Shown piece by piece: positions 20,746 through 30,989 of a stretch of 64,000 nt of DNA (positions are counted from its first letter, which is position 1; every line of letters begins with the position of its first letter). This DNA is from Candidatus Moraniibacteriota bacterium (GTDB lineage Bacteria; Patescibacteriota; Minisyncoccia; Moranbacterales; UBA1568). A program made the translations under genes and the position numbers. The DNA lies in contig CAIOMK010000059.1 in NCBI GenBank assembly GCA_903859375.1, positions 3,438-67,437 on the forward strand, in the 5' to 3' direction. Under the pieces are notes generated by a model that was not told where the DNA came from, searched no databases, and saw nothing but the letters and a program-made list of their open reading frames with translations.

Positions 20746-21714
20746 ATGAACGGGATCAAACCGAAACATGAATCAATCGAAACGGACCCGGTCCGTCTTT
20801 TGGCGCGGAAATTCCTCGAACACCTCGAAATCGAACTCAGCCGATCTCCACGAACCATCGACAGTTACGGCCTTTCCCTGAAGAAATTTTTCGTAACGGC
20901 TCATATACGCACACCGGAAGACATCACTCTCGAACGCATCCGTGAGTACCGTCTCCATCTCAACCGAGAGACAACGCCCACCGGCGAACCACTCCGAAAG
21001 ACGACTCAGACCTATCATGTCGTCGTATTGCGTGCATTTCTCAAATATCTCGCCAAAGAGGACATCGTCACCGTGCCTGCGGAGAAAATAGAGGTCGGCA
21101 AGACCCCGACACGTCAGGTCGATTTCCTCGAACTCGAAGAGATCGAGCGGCTTCTCTCGTCCGCATCGGGGGATTCGCTCCGCTCTCTCCGAGACCGCGC
21201 CATCCTCGAGCTCCTGTTCTCGGCCGGACTGCGGGTATCCGAACTCACCTCGCTCGATCGCGACCATGTGAATCTCAATAAGGGCGAATTCAGCATCCGA
21301 GGCAAAGGTGCCAAGCTCCGCATAGTCTTTCTTTCCGACGATGCCGGCGATGCCCTCTTCCGGTACCTCGAAAAACGACGGGATATGGACCCCGCACTCT
21401 TCGTCGCAGTCCCGATCGCAAAAAAAGGCTTCGTCAAAGAGGGGGCTCTCGGGGATATCAGACTCACACAGCGGAGCGTGCAACGGCTGGTCAAGAAATA
21501 CGCAGCCAAGGCCGGCATCGTCAAAGACGTCCATCCGCACACATTGCGCCATTCTTTTGCGACCGACCTCCTCCAAAACGGTGCTGATATCCGATCAGTC
21601 CAAGCCATGCTCGGACACGCATCCATCACGACGACCCAGATATACACCCACGTGACCAATGAACACCTCCGAGAGATCCACGAGGCCTTCCACGCGAAGA
21701 AAAAGAAGAAATAA
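20746..21714 (+). CDS. tyrosine recombinase, XerC/XerD family
   Basis: RDRAILELLFSAGLRVSEL, HPHTLRHSFAT, LGHASITTTQIYTH. Confidence 0.93.
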   Translation: MNGIKPKHESIETDPVRLLARKFLEHLEIELSRSPRTIDSYGLSLKKFFVTAHIRTPEDITLERIREYRLHLNRETTPTGEPLRKTTQTYHVVVLRAFLKYLAKEDIVTVPAEKIEVGKTPTRQVDFLELEEIERLLSSASGDSLRSLRDRAILELLFSAGLRVSELTSLDRDHVNLNKGEFSIRGKGAKLRIVFLSDDAGDALFRYLEKRRDMDPALFVAVPIAKKGFVKEGALGDIRLTQRSVQRLVKKYAAKAGIVKDVHPHTLRHSFATDLLQNGADIRSVQAMLGHASITTTQIYTHVTNEHLREIHEAFHAKKKKK

Positions 21715-21739
21715 AAAAACCCGACCGATATCGGGTTTT
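21714..21739. terminator. bidirectional intrinsic terminator
   Basis: AAAACCCGA-ccgata-TCGGGTTTT between convergent genes. Confidence 0.7.
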
Positions 21740-21759
21740 CAGGTTCAAACACTCTCAAA

Positions 21760-22449
21760 TTACAACACGTCGACCATTCTCGGCTTACGCTCGGTAAACG
21801 AGTAGAGGCGTGCCGGACGGCTCTGTCCGGATTTCCTGACCTTTCCTGATTCCTTTACCAGGCCGATGTCCTGTATTTTCTTGCGGAAATTCCGCTTGTC
21901 GAGCTCGTGTCCGAGGATGATTTCATAGGCCGTCTGCAGTTCGGTCAGGGTGAATTCCTTCGGCAACAGTCCGTATGCGATATTGGAATACCCGAGCTTG
22001 CTCCGGAGGCGCTCGATGCCGGCTGAGACGATCTTCGTATGATCGAATGCCGTCTTAGGAAGACGCGCCGTATCGTACCAGGCGATATCGGAATAGTATT
22101 CGATCGTTGCCGGCAGACATCGGTCGCTGTTCACAAGCGCGAAATACGCCACCGAAATGCTCCGCCCGCGGATGTCGCGATCAACCCCTCCGAACGTATA
22201 CAATTGTTCGAGATAGATATCGTCGACACCCGCTTTCTCGGACAGCACCCGTTCAGCCGCTTGGTCAAGCGACTCGTCCATACGGACCAGTCCGCCCGGA
22301 AGCGCCCATTTTCCATCATACGGACCGCTTCCGATACGAATCAAAAGCACCTTAAGAGTACCGCCGATTACCGAAAAAATAACCATATCGACCGCAAGAA
22401 GCGGCGATGCGTTCAAAGACGGTGCGATGGTCGTTTTCCGGTCGGACAT
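21760..22449 (-). CDS. nrtR: NrtR family transcriptional regulator (Nudix plus winged HTH)
   Basis: WALPGG...ESLDQAAERVLSEK, YLEQLYTFG, FTLTELQTAYE...DKRNFRKKI...RPARLY. Confidence 0.9.
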   Translation of the reverse strand: MSDRKTTIAPSLNASPLLAVDMVIFSVIGGTLKVLLIRIGSGPYDGKWALPGGLVRMDESLDQAAERVLSEKAGVDDIYLEQLYTFGGVDRDIRGRSISVAYFALVNSDRCLPATIEYYSDIAWYDTARLPKTAFDHTKIVSAGIERLRSKLGYSNIAYGLLPKEFTLTELQTAYEIILGHELDKRNFRKKIQDIGLVKESGKVRKSGQSRPARLYSFTERKPRMVDVL

Positions 22450-22495
22450 AAGATGAGTGTTACTTCTACAGCATACCCCGGCGGTCCGAACCGCG

Positions 22496-23506
22496 TCAAT
22501 CATATCTTCTCGTCCTGTCGGGAAACGATTCGAAGAATCCGGCGCCATTATCCGAAAGCAACTCCGAACATTCTTGAATCGCCATTTGCAACCGGACATC
22601 ATGATCGCCAGACAGGACAATGAACGGTTTTTGTTCCTTCTCAAGAACTTCACGGAATCGCGCGTGCATGGCATGCCGTATCGATTCCCCGTCACGGATT
22701 CCGTCTTGGACAAACGGGATATCCACGTCGGTCAGAAGATACAAATCGTCGCTCTTTCCTGCATTCCGCTTCGCGACGGAAACGGACCTGGCGCCGAGAT
22801 ACCGTTCATGCCAAAGATCCGTCGCCCACGAATCGGTATCGCAGAACATCAGCTTATCGGCATATCCTATCAGAGCGTCTTCCATCCGGTTCTGTTCATC
22901 GGCGATGAATTCGAATTCGCCCGTAGCCCACGGTGTTCCGGAAGAAATCTTCCCTTCGGTATAGGTCCGACCGAATTCCGGAACCCATGTCGTCTTGAAA
23001 TACTCCGCCAAAGCCTTCGACATGGTCGTGGTTCCCGTCGATTCCGCCCCGACCACAACGACGCGCCTGACGAAATATGAACGGACGATCGGATGCAGAT
23101 ATTCCCAGTTCGCATACAGGTCTCCACGTATCATCGTGGCTGAAACAGGAATATGTTCCCGCTTCAAGTCAACCAAGACGTGTTCGGCTCCGAGAAGGCG
23201 CGCATATGTCTCGCCGTATGTTTCGGAAGTGAACACCTTGTCCGGACGGTATCCGAGAAACTGCACCGTATACTTCGCCCATGCCGCGGAATCGTCATCT
23301 TGCATAATATCGGCGACGACCAACACGGTGACGGATGGATGAATCGCTTTGATCCACCGGGCTCGGGTCTCCCCCGAGATACCTTGATCGGAGCGCTCAC
23401 AGACCGCGACTGTCACCGCGTCGGACTGTCGCAGCGCCTCCTCAATAAGGAACGAGTGCCCCTTATGGAGCGGATAAAACTTTCCTACGACGAATCCCCG
23501 TGTCAT
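22496..23506 (-). CDS. nadR: NadR-type NMN adenylyltransferase / ribosylnicotinamide kinase
   Basis: GKFYPLHKGH (HxGH), VSATMIR, P-loop GAESTGTTT, FVQDGIR; ATGA overlap with pnuC. Confidence 0.88.
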   Translation of the reverse strand: MTRGFVVGKFYPLHKGHSFLIEEALRQSDAVTVAVCERSDQGISGETRARWIKAIHPSVTVLVVADIMQDDDSAAWAKYTVQFLGYRPDKVFTSETYGETYARLLGAEHVLVDLKREHIPVSATMIRGDLYANWEYLHPIVRSYFVRRVVVVGAESTGTTTMSKALAEYFKTTWVPEFGRTYTEGKISSGTPWATGEFEFIADEQNRMEDALIGYADKLMFCDTDSWATDLWHERYLGARSVSVAKRNAGKSDDLYLLTDVDIPFVQDGIRDGESIRHAMHARFREVLEKEQKPFIVLSGDHDVRLQMAIQECSELLSDNGAGFFESFPDRTRRYD

Positions 23507-24210
23507 ATGGAAGACATCTCCTTTCTTGTAGGAATGACCGGTTCGGACACCGGCGCCCCCTTCTTCCGCGTTTCCCGTTTCCACTCGACCAGCCCCAAAG
23601 TGGCGAGTACGAGGAAGACGAGATACAGCATGGACACAAATCGGACTTCCTTCGCCGCATAGAGCCATATCCCGATGACATCCACTACGATCCACAAGTA
23701 CCAGTTATCAACGATCCGGAAGATCATGAGCATCTGTGCCGCGAAACTCATCACGGTCGTCACTGCATCGAGATATGGGAACGATGCCGGCTCCTGGAAA
23801 ATTGATGGCCACCATTCGTTCACGTGACCCATGAACCATCCGAGAGCAAGCGTACCGACAACGATGAATACCGTGGTGAACACCCGTTCCTTCAGTGTAC
23901 CGAAGCGGACGAGCGCCTCGCTGGATGAGACATCGCCGCCCTTCTCCACCTTGGCCCAGACCCACCATCCATAGAAACCAGACAGGAGATAGTAGATCTG
24001 TTCCACGAAATCGGAGTACAGACGGATCTGGAAGAAAAGTGCGCCGTACAGTATGACTGCGACAATCCCGATCGGCCAGTTCAGGATATGCTTTCTCGCC
24101 ACCAGCCAGACCGCGGCGATATTGAGAACCGTCCCAAAAAATTCCAGATAGCTCATCGGATATCCGAGAACCGAGAAGAGCACGTTGTCGATGCTGAAGA
24201 ATGAAATCAT
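23503..24210 (-). CDS. pnuC: nicotinamide riboside transporter PnuC
   Basis: NWPIGIV, YGWWVW, DAVTTVMS, WYLWIVVD motifs. Confidence 0.92.
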   Translation of the reverse strand: MISFFSIDNVLFSVLGYPMSYLEFFGTVLNIAAVWLVARKHILNWPIGIVAVILYGALFFQIRLYSDFVEQIYYLLSGFYGWWVWAKVEKGGDVSSSEALVRFGTLKERVFTTVFIVVGTLALGWFMGHVNEWWPSIFQEPASFPYLDAVTTVMSFAAQMLMIFRIVDNWYLWIVVDVIGIWLYAAKEVRFVSMLYLVFLVLATLGLVEWKRETRKKGAPVSEPVIPTRKEMSSI

Positions 24211-24307
24211 ACGGGCGTTCGATTAGACTGATGAATACTGTTCGGAACGGACTCTTCACTCTGTGCATATGCCGACTCGACCCTCGGCATACTTCTCCGT
24301 CCCTTTG

Positions 24308-24342
24308 TTAGTGTATTATACACACTAAATAATTCCTGTCAA
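24308..24342 (-). promoter_or_regulatory. sigma70 promoter for pnuC-nadR-nrtR overlapped by an NrtR-type operator
   Basis: On the minus strand TTGACA (24342-24337), 16 bp, TATAAT (24320-24315); palindrome TTAGTGT-N7-ACACTAA at 24308-24328. Confidence 0.85.
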
Positions 24343-24524
24343 TGATCCGTCGGGAAAAAACGCGCCTGACGATAGTCTTTCCACGTAACGGCGACGAGTG
24401 ATCCCGCGAGCGGCTCCCGATCGGGACCAACGCGACAGCATGTCAAAAAACGGCCCACAGAGCGATATTTCCGCATGTACGGAATCGATACGCCTCCGTA
24501 CCGGTCACCGTAGCCAGACTTTTC

Positions 24525-24559
24525 TTGACAACGATTATATAGTGTGTATAATACACTTA
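24525..24559 (+). promoter_or_regulatory. sigma70 promoter for nadM-nadV overlapped by an NrtR-type operator
   Basis: TTGACA (24525), 16 bp, TATAAT (24547); ATAGTGT-N7-ACACTTA at 24539-24559. Confidence 0.85.
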
Positions 24560-24766
24560 GTAAGGACAGGAAAGGAATACGGAAAGACAGATCGGAAAAA
24601 CGGCTCACGACAACCGACGGGACCCATATCAGTTCCCGGCATCGCTGCCACAAGCCTCATCGAAGATCTTCCCCCGATGCCACAGGCATCGGCACTCCGT
24701 TCCCTACTTAGTGTACTTACTACAATATTAGTATCTTCACAACCGAAAAATCATAAGGAGAACAGC

Positions 24767-25678
24767 ATGGGACAGAAACGACTCGCCGTCATCATCGGCC
24801 GATTTCAGGTCGCAAGGCTGCATGGGGGACATCGCCACCTCATCGAAACGGCACGTGCGGAAGCCGACATGGTGCTCATCCTTCTCGGAAGCACCTCCGG
24901 ATTCCCATCGTCGCGCAATCCGCTTCCGTATCTCGTACGGAAAGCGATGATCGAAACGGAATTTCCGGACATCATCGTCGCAGAGCTTCCAGATCGCCAC
25001 ACAAACAGACTGTGGTCGGACAGTATCGATCATATCGTCACGACGACCTTTCCCGGATATGAGGCCCGCCTTTACGGGTCCCGGGACAGTTTTATCCCCT
25101 GTTATGACGGACTCCTGCCATGCGTCCTCATCCGGCCGGCGATAGCGCCGTCCGGGACGGAGCTCCGAGCGGGAATTTCCTCTTCGGACTACGGGAAAAG
25201 CGATTTCCGGGCAGGCATCATCCATGCACAGACCCTCCGTGAACCGATTTCCTATCAGGCAGTCGACATCGCGGTCATCCGGTACCCGGGAAACGAGGTC
25301 TTGCTCGGAAAAAAGAACTGCGACGGAGGAAAACTCCGCTTCATCGGAGGATTCACTGATCCTTCGGATGCATCACTCGAGACGGCCGCCCTCCGGGAAT
25401 TGAACGAGGAGGCTGGTTGCATCGATTGCCATGCGGTCGATTACCTCGGTTCGTTCCGTGTACCGGATCATCGGTATCTCGGAGCGGAAGACCAGGTCAT
25501 GACGGCATTCTTCGCCGCTTATCACCTCTCCGGGCTTCCGAAAGCCGGCGACGACATCGACGAGGTCGCCTGGATCCTGATCGGGGACATCTCATCGTGC
25601 ATCGTGCAGAATCATCTGCCTCTCGCAAAGAGACTCATCACCTTCATCAACGAAACAAAAACAGGAGTCCCCGCATGA
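24767..25678 (+). CDS. nadM: bifunctional NMN adenylyltransferase / Nudix hydrolase (NadM-Nudix)
   Basis: GRFQVARLHGGH, RNPL, SGTELR; Nudix box GGFTDPSDASLETAALRELNEEAG; SD AAGGAG. Confidence 0.88.
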   Translation: MGQKRLAVIIGRFQVARLHGGHRHLIETARAEADMVLILLGSTSGFPSSRNPLPYLVRKAMIETEFPDIIVAELPDRHTNRLWSDSIDHIVTTTFPGYEARLYGSRDSFIPCYDGLLPCVLIRPAIAPSGTELRAGISSSDYGKSDFRAGIIHAQTLREPISYQAVDIAVIRYPGNEVLLGKKNCDGGKLRFIGGFTDPSDASLETAALRELNEEAGCIDCHAVDYLGSFRVPDHRYLGAEDQVMTAFFAAYHLSGLPKAGDDIDEVAWILIGDISSCIVQNHLPLAKRLITFINETKTGVPA

Positions 25679-27063
25679 ACACCGACGAAAACATCATCCT
25701 CCTGACCGACAGCTACAAACCGTCACATTGGAGACAATACCCCGACAAGACGACCGGTATCTACGGTTTTCTCGAAAGCCGTGGCGGAGTTTTTCCGGAA
25801 ATACTGTTCTTCGGTCTCCAGTATTTCCTCAAGAAATATCTCTCCGGCTCGGTCGTCAGCAAGGAGAATATCATCGAGGCGCGCGAGCTCCTCGGTGAGC
25901 ATTTCGGAAACAGCTCGATTTTCAACGAAGCGGGCTGGACCAGGATCCTCGAACATCACGGCGGCCGTCTGCCTGTTCGGATCAAGGCGGTACCCGAAGG
26001 GACCGTCGTGCCGAACTCGAACGTCCTTCTGACTATGGAGAGCACCGATCCCGGACTGGCATGGCTCCCGAACTACCTTGATCCGCTCCTGACAGAGCTC
26101 TGGTACCCCTGTACTGCGGCGACCCAAAGCCGTGCGATGAAAGATATCATCCTCGAATACCTCGAGGAAACCGGAGATACTGGACTGATTGATTTCAAAC
26201 TGCACGACTTCGGATTCCGCGGATCGACCAGTCCCGAATCAGCCGGCATCGGAGGAGCCGCACACCTGGTGAACTTCAAGGGAAGCGACAACCTCACCGC
26301 GATCCGAATGCTCCGCCGGCTCTATTCCGAACCGATGGCGGGATTTTCCATCCCGGCGGCGGAACACAGCACGATAACGTCTTGGGGAAAGCAACACGAG
26401 GTGGACGCGTTTCGCAACATGCTCGAGCAATTCCCCGAAGGTCTGGCCGCTGTCGTTTCCGACAGCTACGACATATTCCATGCCTGTCGGACACTTTGGG
26501 GCAAGGAACTCAGGGAAAAAGTCCTCGGCAGGAACGGCACGCTCGTCGTCCGTCCGGACAGCGGCGACCCTGCTACGGTCGTCGTCGAAGTATTGAACAT
26601 CCTCGGTGAGGCCTTCGGTACGGAAATGAACGCGAAAGGTTACAAGGTGCTCGACCCGCATGTCCGAGTCATCCAAGGAGACGGCATCGACCTCCACTCG
26701 CTTCCACTAATCTTGTCTCATATGAAGAGACACGGGTGGTCGGCTGACAACGTCGCCTTCGGTTCCGGAGGCGGACTGCTCCAGAAAATGAACCGCGACA
26801 CGAACCGTTTCGCATTCAAATGCTCGGCAGCCGAAATCGACGGGGCTTGGAAAGATGACATCATGAAAGACCCGGTCACCGACCCCGGCAAACGTTCCAA
26901 AGCCGGCAGGATGAAACTCATCCAAGAAAACGGCACACTCCGGACGGTATGCGAAAGCGCACCCGGAGAAGACCGACTCGTAACGGTATTCGAGAACGGC
27001 CGGTTACTCCAAGACTGGTCGCTCGCGGAAATACGCGATCGGGCAAACGACAAGAACGAATAA
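25675..27063 (+). CDS. nadV: nicotinamide phosphoribosyltransferase (NAMPT)
   Basis: LTDSYK, LHDFGFRG, PAAEHS, VSDSYD, VRPDSG, IQGDG, FGSGGGLLQK. Confidence 0.93.
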   Translation: MNTDENIILLTDSYKPSHWRQYPDKTTGIYGFLESRGGVFPEILFFGLQYFLKKYLSGSVVSKENIIEARELLGEHFGNSSIFNEAGWTRILEHHGGRLPVRIKAVPEGTVVPNSNVLLTMESTDPGLAWLPNYLDPLLTELWYPCTAATQSRAMKDIILEYLEETGDTGLIDFKLHDFGFRGSTSPESAGIGGAAHLVNFKGSDNLTAIRMLRRLYSEPMAGFSIPAAEHSTITSWGKQHEVDAFRNMLEQFPEGLAAVVSDSYDIFHACRTLWGKELREKVLGRNGTLVVRPDSGDPATVVVEVLNILGEAFGTEMNAKGYKVLDPHVRVIQGDGIDLHSLPLILSHMKRHGWSADNVAFGSGGGLLQKMNRDTNRFAFKCSAAEIDGAWKDDIMKDPVTDPGKRSKAGRMKLIQENGTLRTVCESAPGEDRLVTVFENGRLLQDWSLAEIRDRANDKNE

Positions 27064-27097
27064 AAAAAGCGTTCCGAAAACCATCGGAGCGCTTTTT
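27062..27097. terminator. bidirectional intrinsic terminator
   Basis: AAAAAGCGTTCCGA-aaacca-TCGGAGCGCTTTTT. Confidence 0.75.
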
Positions 27098-27113
27098 CTT
27101 TTTCATCCGGTAT

Positions 27114-29405
27114 TTACACTTTCTTCAAAGGAGCCGTTCCGAGCATCAGTTTCTTCACACCGACCCGGCGGAAGGCGACCGTAGCAATCGTGCCGGCAAT
27201 CGCGACGACGATACCGCTACCGAAATCCGGATGTTCGACATTGTCACCCGGTCGGAGATTCGTTTCCTTGGTCGCCGGAGGCCCTCCGGATTTTGCCTTG
27301 GAATCGGGAGATTTCGGCAAATCCAACGAGTCGGAAATTTTGCGGTTCACCCCGCCCCTGTTCGCGAACAACGCGGAACTTCCGTACCGGGGCCGCTTCG
27401 ATTTCGGCATTGCCGACAAGAGGGACGGGCGTTCATCCTCAACCACTTCTTCCAAAAGATGCACCGGTATTTCCGCGACGAAACGGGACGCCGGATTCAC
27501 GCTTGTCGAGCCGAACAACATCCGTGACTCCGCCGAAAGCAGATACAGTTTCTCTTTGGCTCTGGTGAGTCCGACATACATGAGACGTCGTTCTTCCTCA
27601 AGGTCTTCTTCTGAAAATGCGCTCCTTGAATGAGGGAAGACGCCCTCTTCGAGTCCGACGAGGAAAACGATCGGAAACTCGAGCCCCTTTGAACTGTGGA
27701 GTGTCATGAGATGCACCGAATCGGCGGATTTGTCGATCGTATCCGTATCGGACGAGAGCGCGACATCCTCAAGAAATGCCTGAAGCGCTTCCCTGAGAGG
27801 CCGACCGTCGAATTTCTTGGCGACACTGAAAAGCTCGCGGACATTCTGTTCATGGTCTTCCCCTTCGGGAGTCCCATCACGGAGAGAAAGCAAATATCCG
27901 GAGTCGGTGGCAAGCCTCTCGACGAGAGCTGAGAACATGGGATCCGGTTGCTCCCGTTCGGTTTCTTCCCTCAACTCGCCCAAAAACGAGGCGAAATTCC
28001 GAATGATGATAATTTTCTTTTCCGGTATGCCGCTTTCCGACGTCGTGAGCGAACGTGCCGCGACGAATGGGTTCTCACCACGCGATTCGGCGAAGGTGAT
28101 CCACTTGGCAAGCGTCACGGAACCGATCGTCCTCTTCGGTTCGTTGATGACGCGTTCGAGCGCGAGGGAGTCCCACGGATTGAGAAGGAGTCTCGCATAC
28201 GCGATGACATCCTTCACTTCTTTGCGCTGATAAAATTTGAGGCCACCGACGATCCGATACTGTATGGAGTAACGCAAGAATGCCTCTTCGAGTACGCGCG
28301 ATTGGGCGTTCGTGCGGTAAAGCACCGCAAAATCCCCGAAGGCGCGACCATCCTTCACCCGTGCCGCGACCGTCCGTGCGACGAATTCCGCCTCGTCGGA
28401 CTCGTCTCGGAGCGTGCGGGCGGTGATGAGCTCGCCTTCCTTCACGTCGGTCCACAGTTTCTTCTCTCGTTGACTGCGGTTCTTGGCGATGACGCTCCCC
28501 GCCGCATCGAGAATGATCTGTGTCGATCGGTAGTTGCGTTCGAGCATGATGACCTCGGCCTCCGGATAATCCTTTTCGAATTCGAGAATATTGCGGATAT
28601 CCGCCTGTCGCCACCGATAGATGGACTGATAATCGTCGCCGATGACGAACAGGTTCCGCCGCTTCATCGCAAGCAACCTGATAAGCTCGTACTGGAGCGG
28701 GTTCGTATCCTGATATTCGTCCACCATCACGTACTCAAAAAGATCCTGATACCGGGCGAGCGCTTCCTCCGATGTCCGGAACAGTTTCACGACGAGTCTC
28801 AGGAGGTCATCAAAATCAAGGCTTTGCGTCTTGAGCAACTCCGCCTGATAGCGCCGATACACTTTCGCGACGAGCTCCTCATAATATCCGGATGCGCGGA
28901 GAGCATACCCCTCGGCTTCGAGTGAATCGCCCTTCGCACGGGAGATCGCCTCGAGTACGGACCGGGGCTTCACCTGATCGGCATCGATCTCGAGCGCCTT
29001 CATCGCCGTCCGGACGATACTGATCTGATCGTCCGCATCAAGGATGTTGAATCGCGGGTCGAGGCCGAGTATGCCGATATCGTTACGAAGAATCTTGGCC
29101 GAGATGGCATGGAAGGTCCCGATATGGGGAAATCCGCGAAACGATATCGGGTCGTCACTTTCATCTGCCGCAGTCGCTAACAAGCTTTCTATACGGTCGC
29201 GCATCTCGCCGGCCGCCTTGTTCGTGAACGTGACCGCGAGAATATTTCCCGGTTGCACGTTTTTCGCGGCGATGAGATAGGCGATCCGATGTGTCAGCGT
29301 TTTTGTCTTGCCTGATCCGGCACCAGCGAGGATAAGTACCGGCCCCTCCGTCTTAAGTACGGCCTTTTTTTGCTCGGGATTAAGCCCTTTTTCCCAGAAT
29401 TGCAT
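27114..29405 (-). CDS. pcrA: ATP-dependent DNA helicase PcrA/UvrD
   Basis: AGAGSGKT, VDEYQD, GDDYQSIY, NYRST, HSSKGLEF, EERRLMYVGLTRA. Confidence 0.96.
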   Translation of the reverse strand: MQFWEKGLNPEQKKAVLKTEGPVLILAGAGSGKTKTLTHRIAYLIAAKNVQPGNILAVTFTNKAAGEMRDRIESLLATAADESDDPISFRGFPHIGTFHAISAKILRNDIGILGLDPRFNILDADDQISIVRTAMKALEIDADQVKPRSVLEAISRAKGDSLEAEGYALRASGYYEELVAKVYRRYQAELLKTQSLDFDDLLRLVVKLFRTSEEALARYQDLFEYVMVDEYQDTNPLQYELIRLLAMKRRNLFVIGDDYQSIYRWRQADIRNILEFEKDYPEAEVIMLERNYRSTQIILDAAGSVIAKNRSQREKKLWTDVKEGELITARTLRDESDEAEFVARTVAARVKDGRAFGDFAVLYRTNAQSRVLEEAFLRYSIQYRIVGGLKFYQRKEVKDVIAYARLLLNPWDSLALERVINEPKRTIGSVTLAKWITFAESRGENPFVAARSLTTSESGIPEKKIIIIRNFASFLGELREETEREQPDPMFSALVERLATDSGYLLSLRDGTPEGEDHEQNVRELFSVAKKFDGRPLREALQAFLEDVALSSDTDTIDKSADSVHLMTLHSSKGLEFPIVFLVGLEEGVFPHSRSAFSEEDLEEERRLMYVGLTRAKEKLYLLSAESRMLFGSTSVNPASRFVAEIPVHLLEEVVEDERPSLLSAMPKSKRPRYGSSALFANRGGVNRKISDSLDLPKSPDSKAKSGGPPATKETNLRPGDNVEHPDFGSGIVVAIAGTIATVAFRRVGVKKLMLGTAPLKKV

Positions 29406-29565
29406 ACGATATACGGTTCATTTTTTCGACAGTGGTCCCGTCCAGTGTACCATGCGAGGAAGAGGAGAGAAAGCGTACGTCCGGTCCGGACACACGCCGT
29501 AGAAACGGGTTCTTATAATAAAAGAAAGGTCTCCGTTCGGAAACCTTTCTCAAAAAATATTGTCG

Positions 29566-30267
29566 TTATTTACGACATTCATAAAACGATTGTGCCAAAA
29601 CCTCGGCTTCGATCTGTCGTACGGTCCGGACGATACCGCTGAATTCACCCCGTCTCGCGAACTGCGTGGAGCAAGACCGCATCAACGCGATCGATGACAA
29701 CTCGATGACGTCGAGCCACGCTCTTTGCGCAAGATAGAAAAAAGTCGATATCGCCGCGACATTATCGTCGAATCCCGGGGAATGCGTGCTGAGATACATA
29801 CTGACGTTCGCCCAGAGCTTACCGATACATTCGGGATGTCGCATGTAGAATCTGCGGGCGTCCTCCGAATCGAGATAACTTTCCGGGAACATCATCCGAC
29901 TGGTCGTTTCGATGTCGAAACATACATATTTTTTCGCTATCGGAAAGATATACCCGTAACTCATGCGGATGGAGTAGTTCTGTAGCAGGCCGGGGAAGCC
30001 GGAGGAACAACATATCCAATCGAGATCATACAGGAATGTCCTCATTCCCATCGCATGCTCGTCCCCGATACCGTGTGGCAGGAACGGGACGATGTCGGAC
30101 GGCAGGAGCGGTTCTCCGGAAACGAACCGTTCGGCGATCGGCTGTGAGACTGTCTGTTCACCGCTCTCTTCATCGGCATCATCATCGTTGGAAAAAATAC
30201 CGAGTGAGAGCATAAGCTCCTTATCCAAGAGAGCATCAAGAGCTTCATCTTCGGGGTAAATTGACAT
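29566..30267 (-). CDS. hypothetical protein
   Basis: Long ORF with GGAG upstream of MSIYPED; no recognisable motif. Confidence 0.6.
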   Translation of the reverse strand: MSIYPEDEALDALLDKELMLSLGIFSNDDDADEESGEQTVSQPIAERFVSGEPLLPSDIVPFLPHGIGDEHAMGMRTFLYDLDWICCSSGFPGLLQNYSIRMSYGYIFPIAKKYVCFDIETTSRMMFPESYLDSEDARRFYMRHPECIGKLWANVSMYLSTHSPGFDDNVAAISTFFYLAQRAWLDVIELSSIALMRSCSTQFARRGEFSGIVRTVRQIEAEVLAQSFYECRK

Positions 30268-30438
30268 AAGATATCTCCATTTTGGGGGATTGGCAATCCT
30301 AATAGTAAAAGGACGGGGCCCGAATATTTCGAGCACCGACATTCTTCCACAAATATCGCGATTATGGCAAGAGCCGGCGGAAAGATGCTATACTGGAATC
30401 GTTCGACGGATCAGTCGTCTAAACCTAAACACAGTGAT

Positions 30439-30876
30439 ATGAACTCGCTTCAACCATATTTCGTCATCCTGGTCCCGATCGCGGTCGGCGTCATAACCCA
30501 GGCCCTCAAATTCATCATCTTTACGGTGAAGCACGGCTGGAAGCCGGAATACATGCTCACACACGGTCATATGCCGTCGGCGCACACCGCGTTCGCCATC
30601 TCACTCGCCGTCAGCGTCGGATGGTACGAGGGGGTCGGTTCCGGATCGTTCGCCGTAGCCGCAGCGCTCGCCTTCATCCTCGTGGACGACGCCGCCCGTA
30701 TCCGTATGTACCTGGGTGATCAGGGCCGCTACCTCAATATGCTCGTCGAACAGCTCGACGTCGATGGGAGCAAGTTTCCCCGTCTCAAGGAACGCGTAGG
30801 GCATCGCGTCAGTGAGGTCATCGTCGGCGGACTCATCGGCCTGTTCGCCACCCTCCTCATAGTCACGACCATATAG
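30439..30876 (+). CDS. divergent PAP2 family protein (DUF212)
   Basis: GHMPSAH, DDAARIR, KERVGHRVSEVIVG. Confidence 0.85.
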   Translation: MNSLQPYFVILVPIAVGVITQALKFIIFTVKHGWKPEYMLTHGHMPSAHTAFAISLAVSVGWYEGVGSGSFAVAAALAFILVDDAARIRMYLGDQGRYLNMLVEQLDVDGSKFPRLKERVGHRVSEVIVGGLIGLFATLLIVTTI

Positions 30877-30892
30877 CCATTCGTACCGAAAC

Positions 30893-30923
30893 AAAAAACG
30901 GACTCCTCACAGGGTCCGTTTTT
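30893..30923. terminator. bidirectional intrinsic terminator closing the repeat/cassette locus
   Basis: AAAAAACGGAC-tcctcacagg-GTCCGTTTTT. Confidence 0.75.
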
Positions 30924-30989
30924 CATCGGCAATTTTCCAAGGTATGAAAATAGCGTAAGAAAGATTTCTCTCTTACGCTCAAACTGCGA

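Noticed and set aside
20502-21714. Xer recombinase as the integrase of an ICE, or a nearby dif site
   Set aside because: It looks like a housekeeping XerC/D. No recognisable dif or att repeats flank it, and there is no relaxase.
23020-23055. NadR P-loop GAESTGTTT lacking the lysine, read as an inactivation
   Set aside because: As I recall, this variant occurs in other NadR-like kinases, and the rest of the gene is intact, so it is insufficient evidence of decay.
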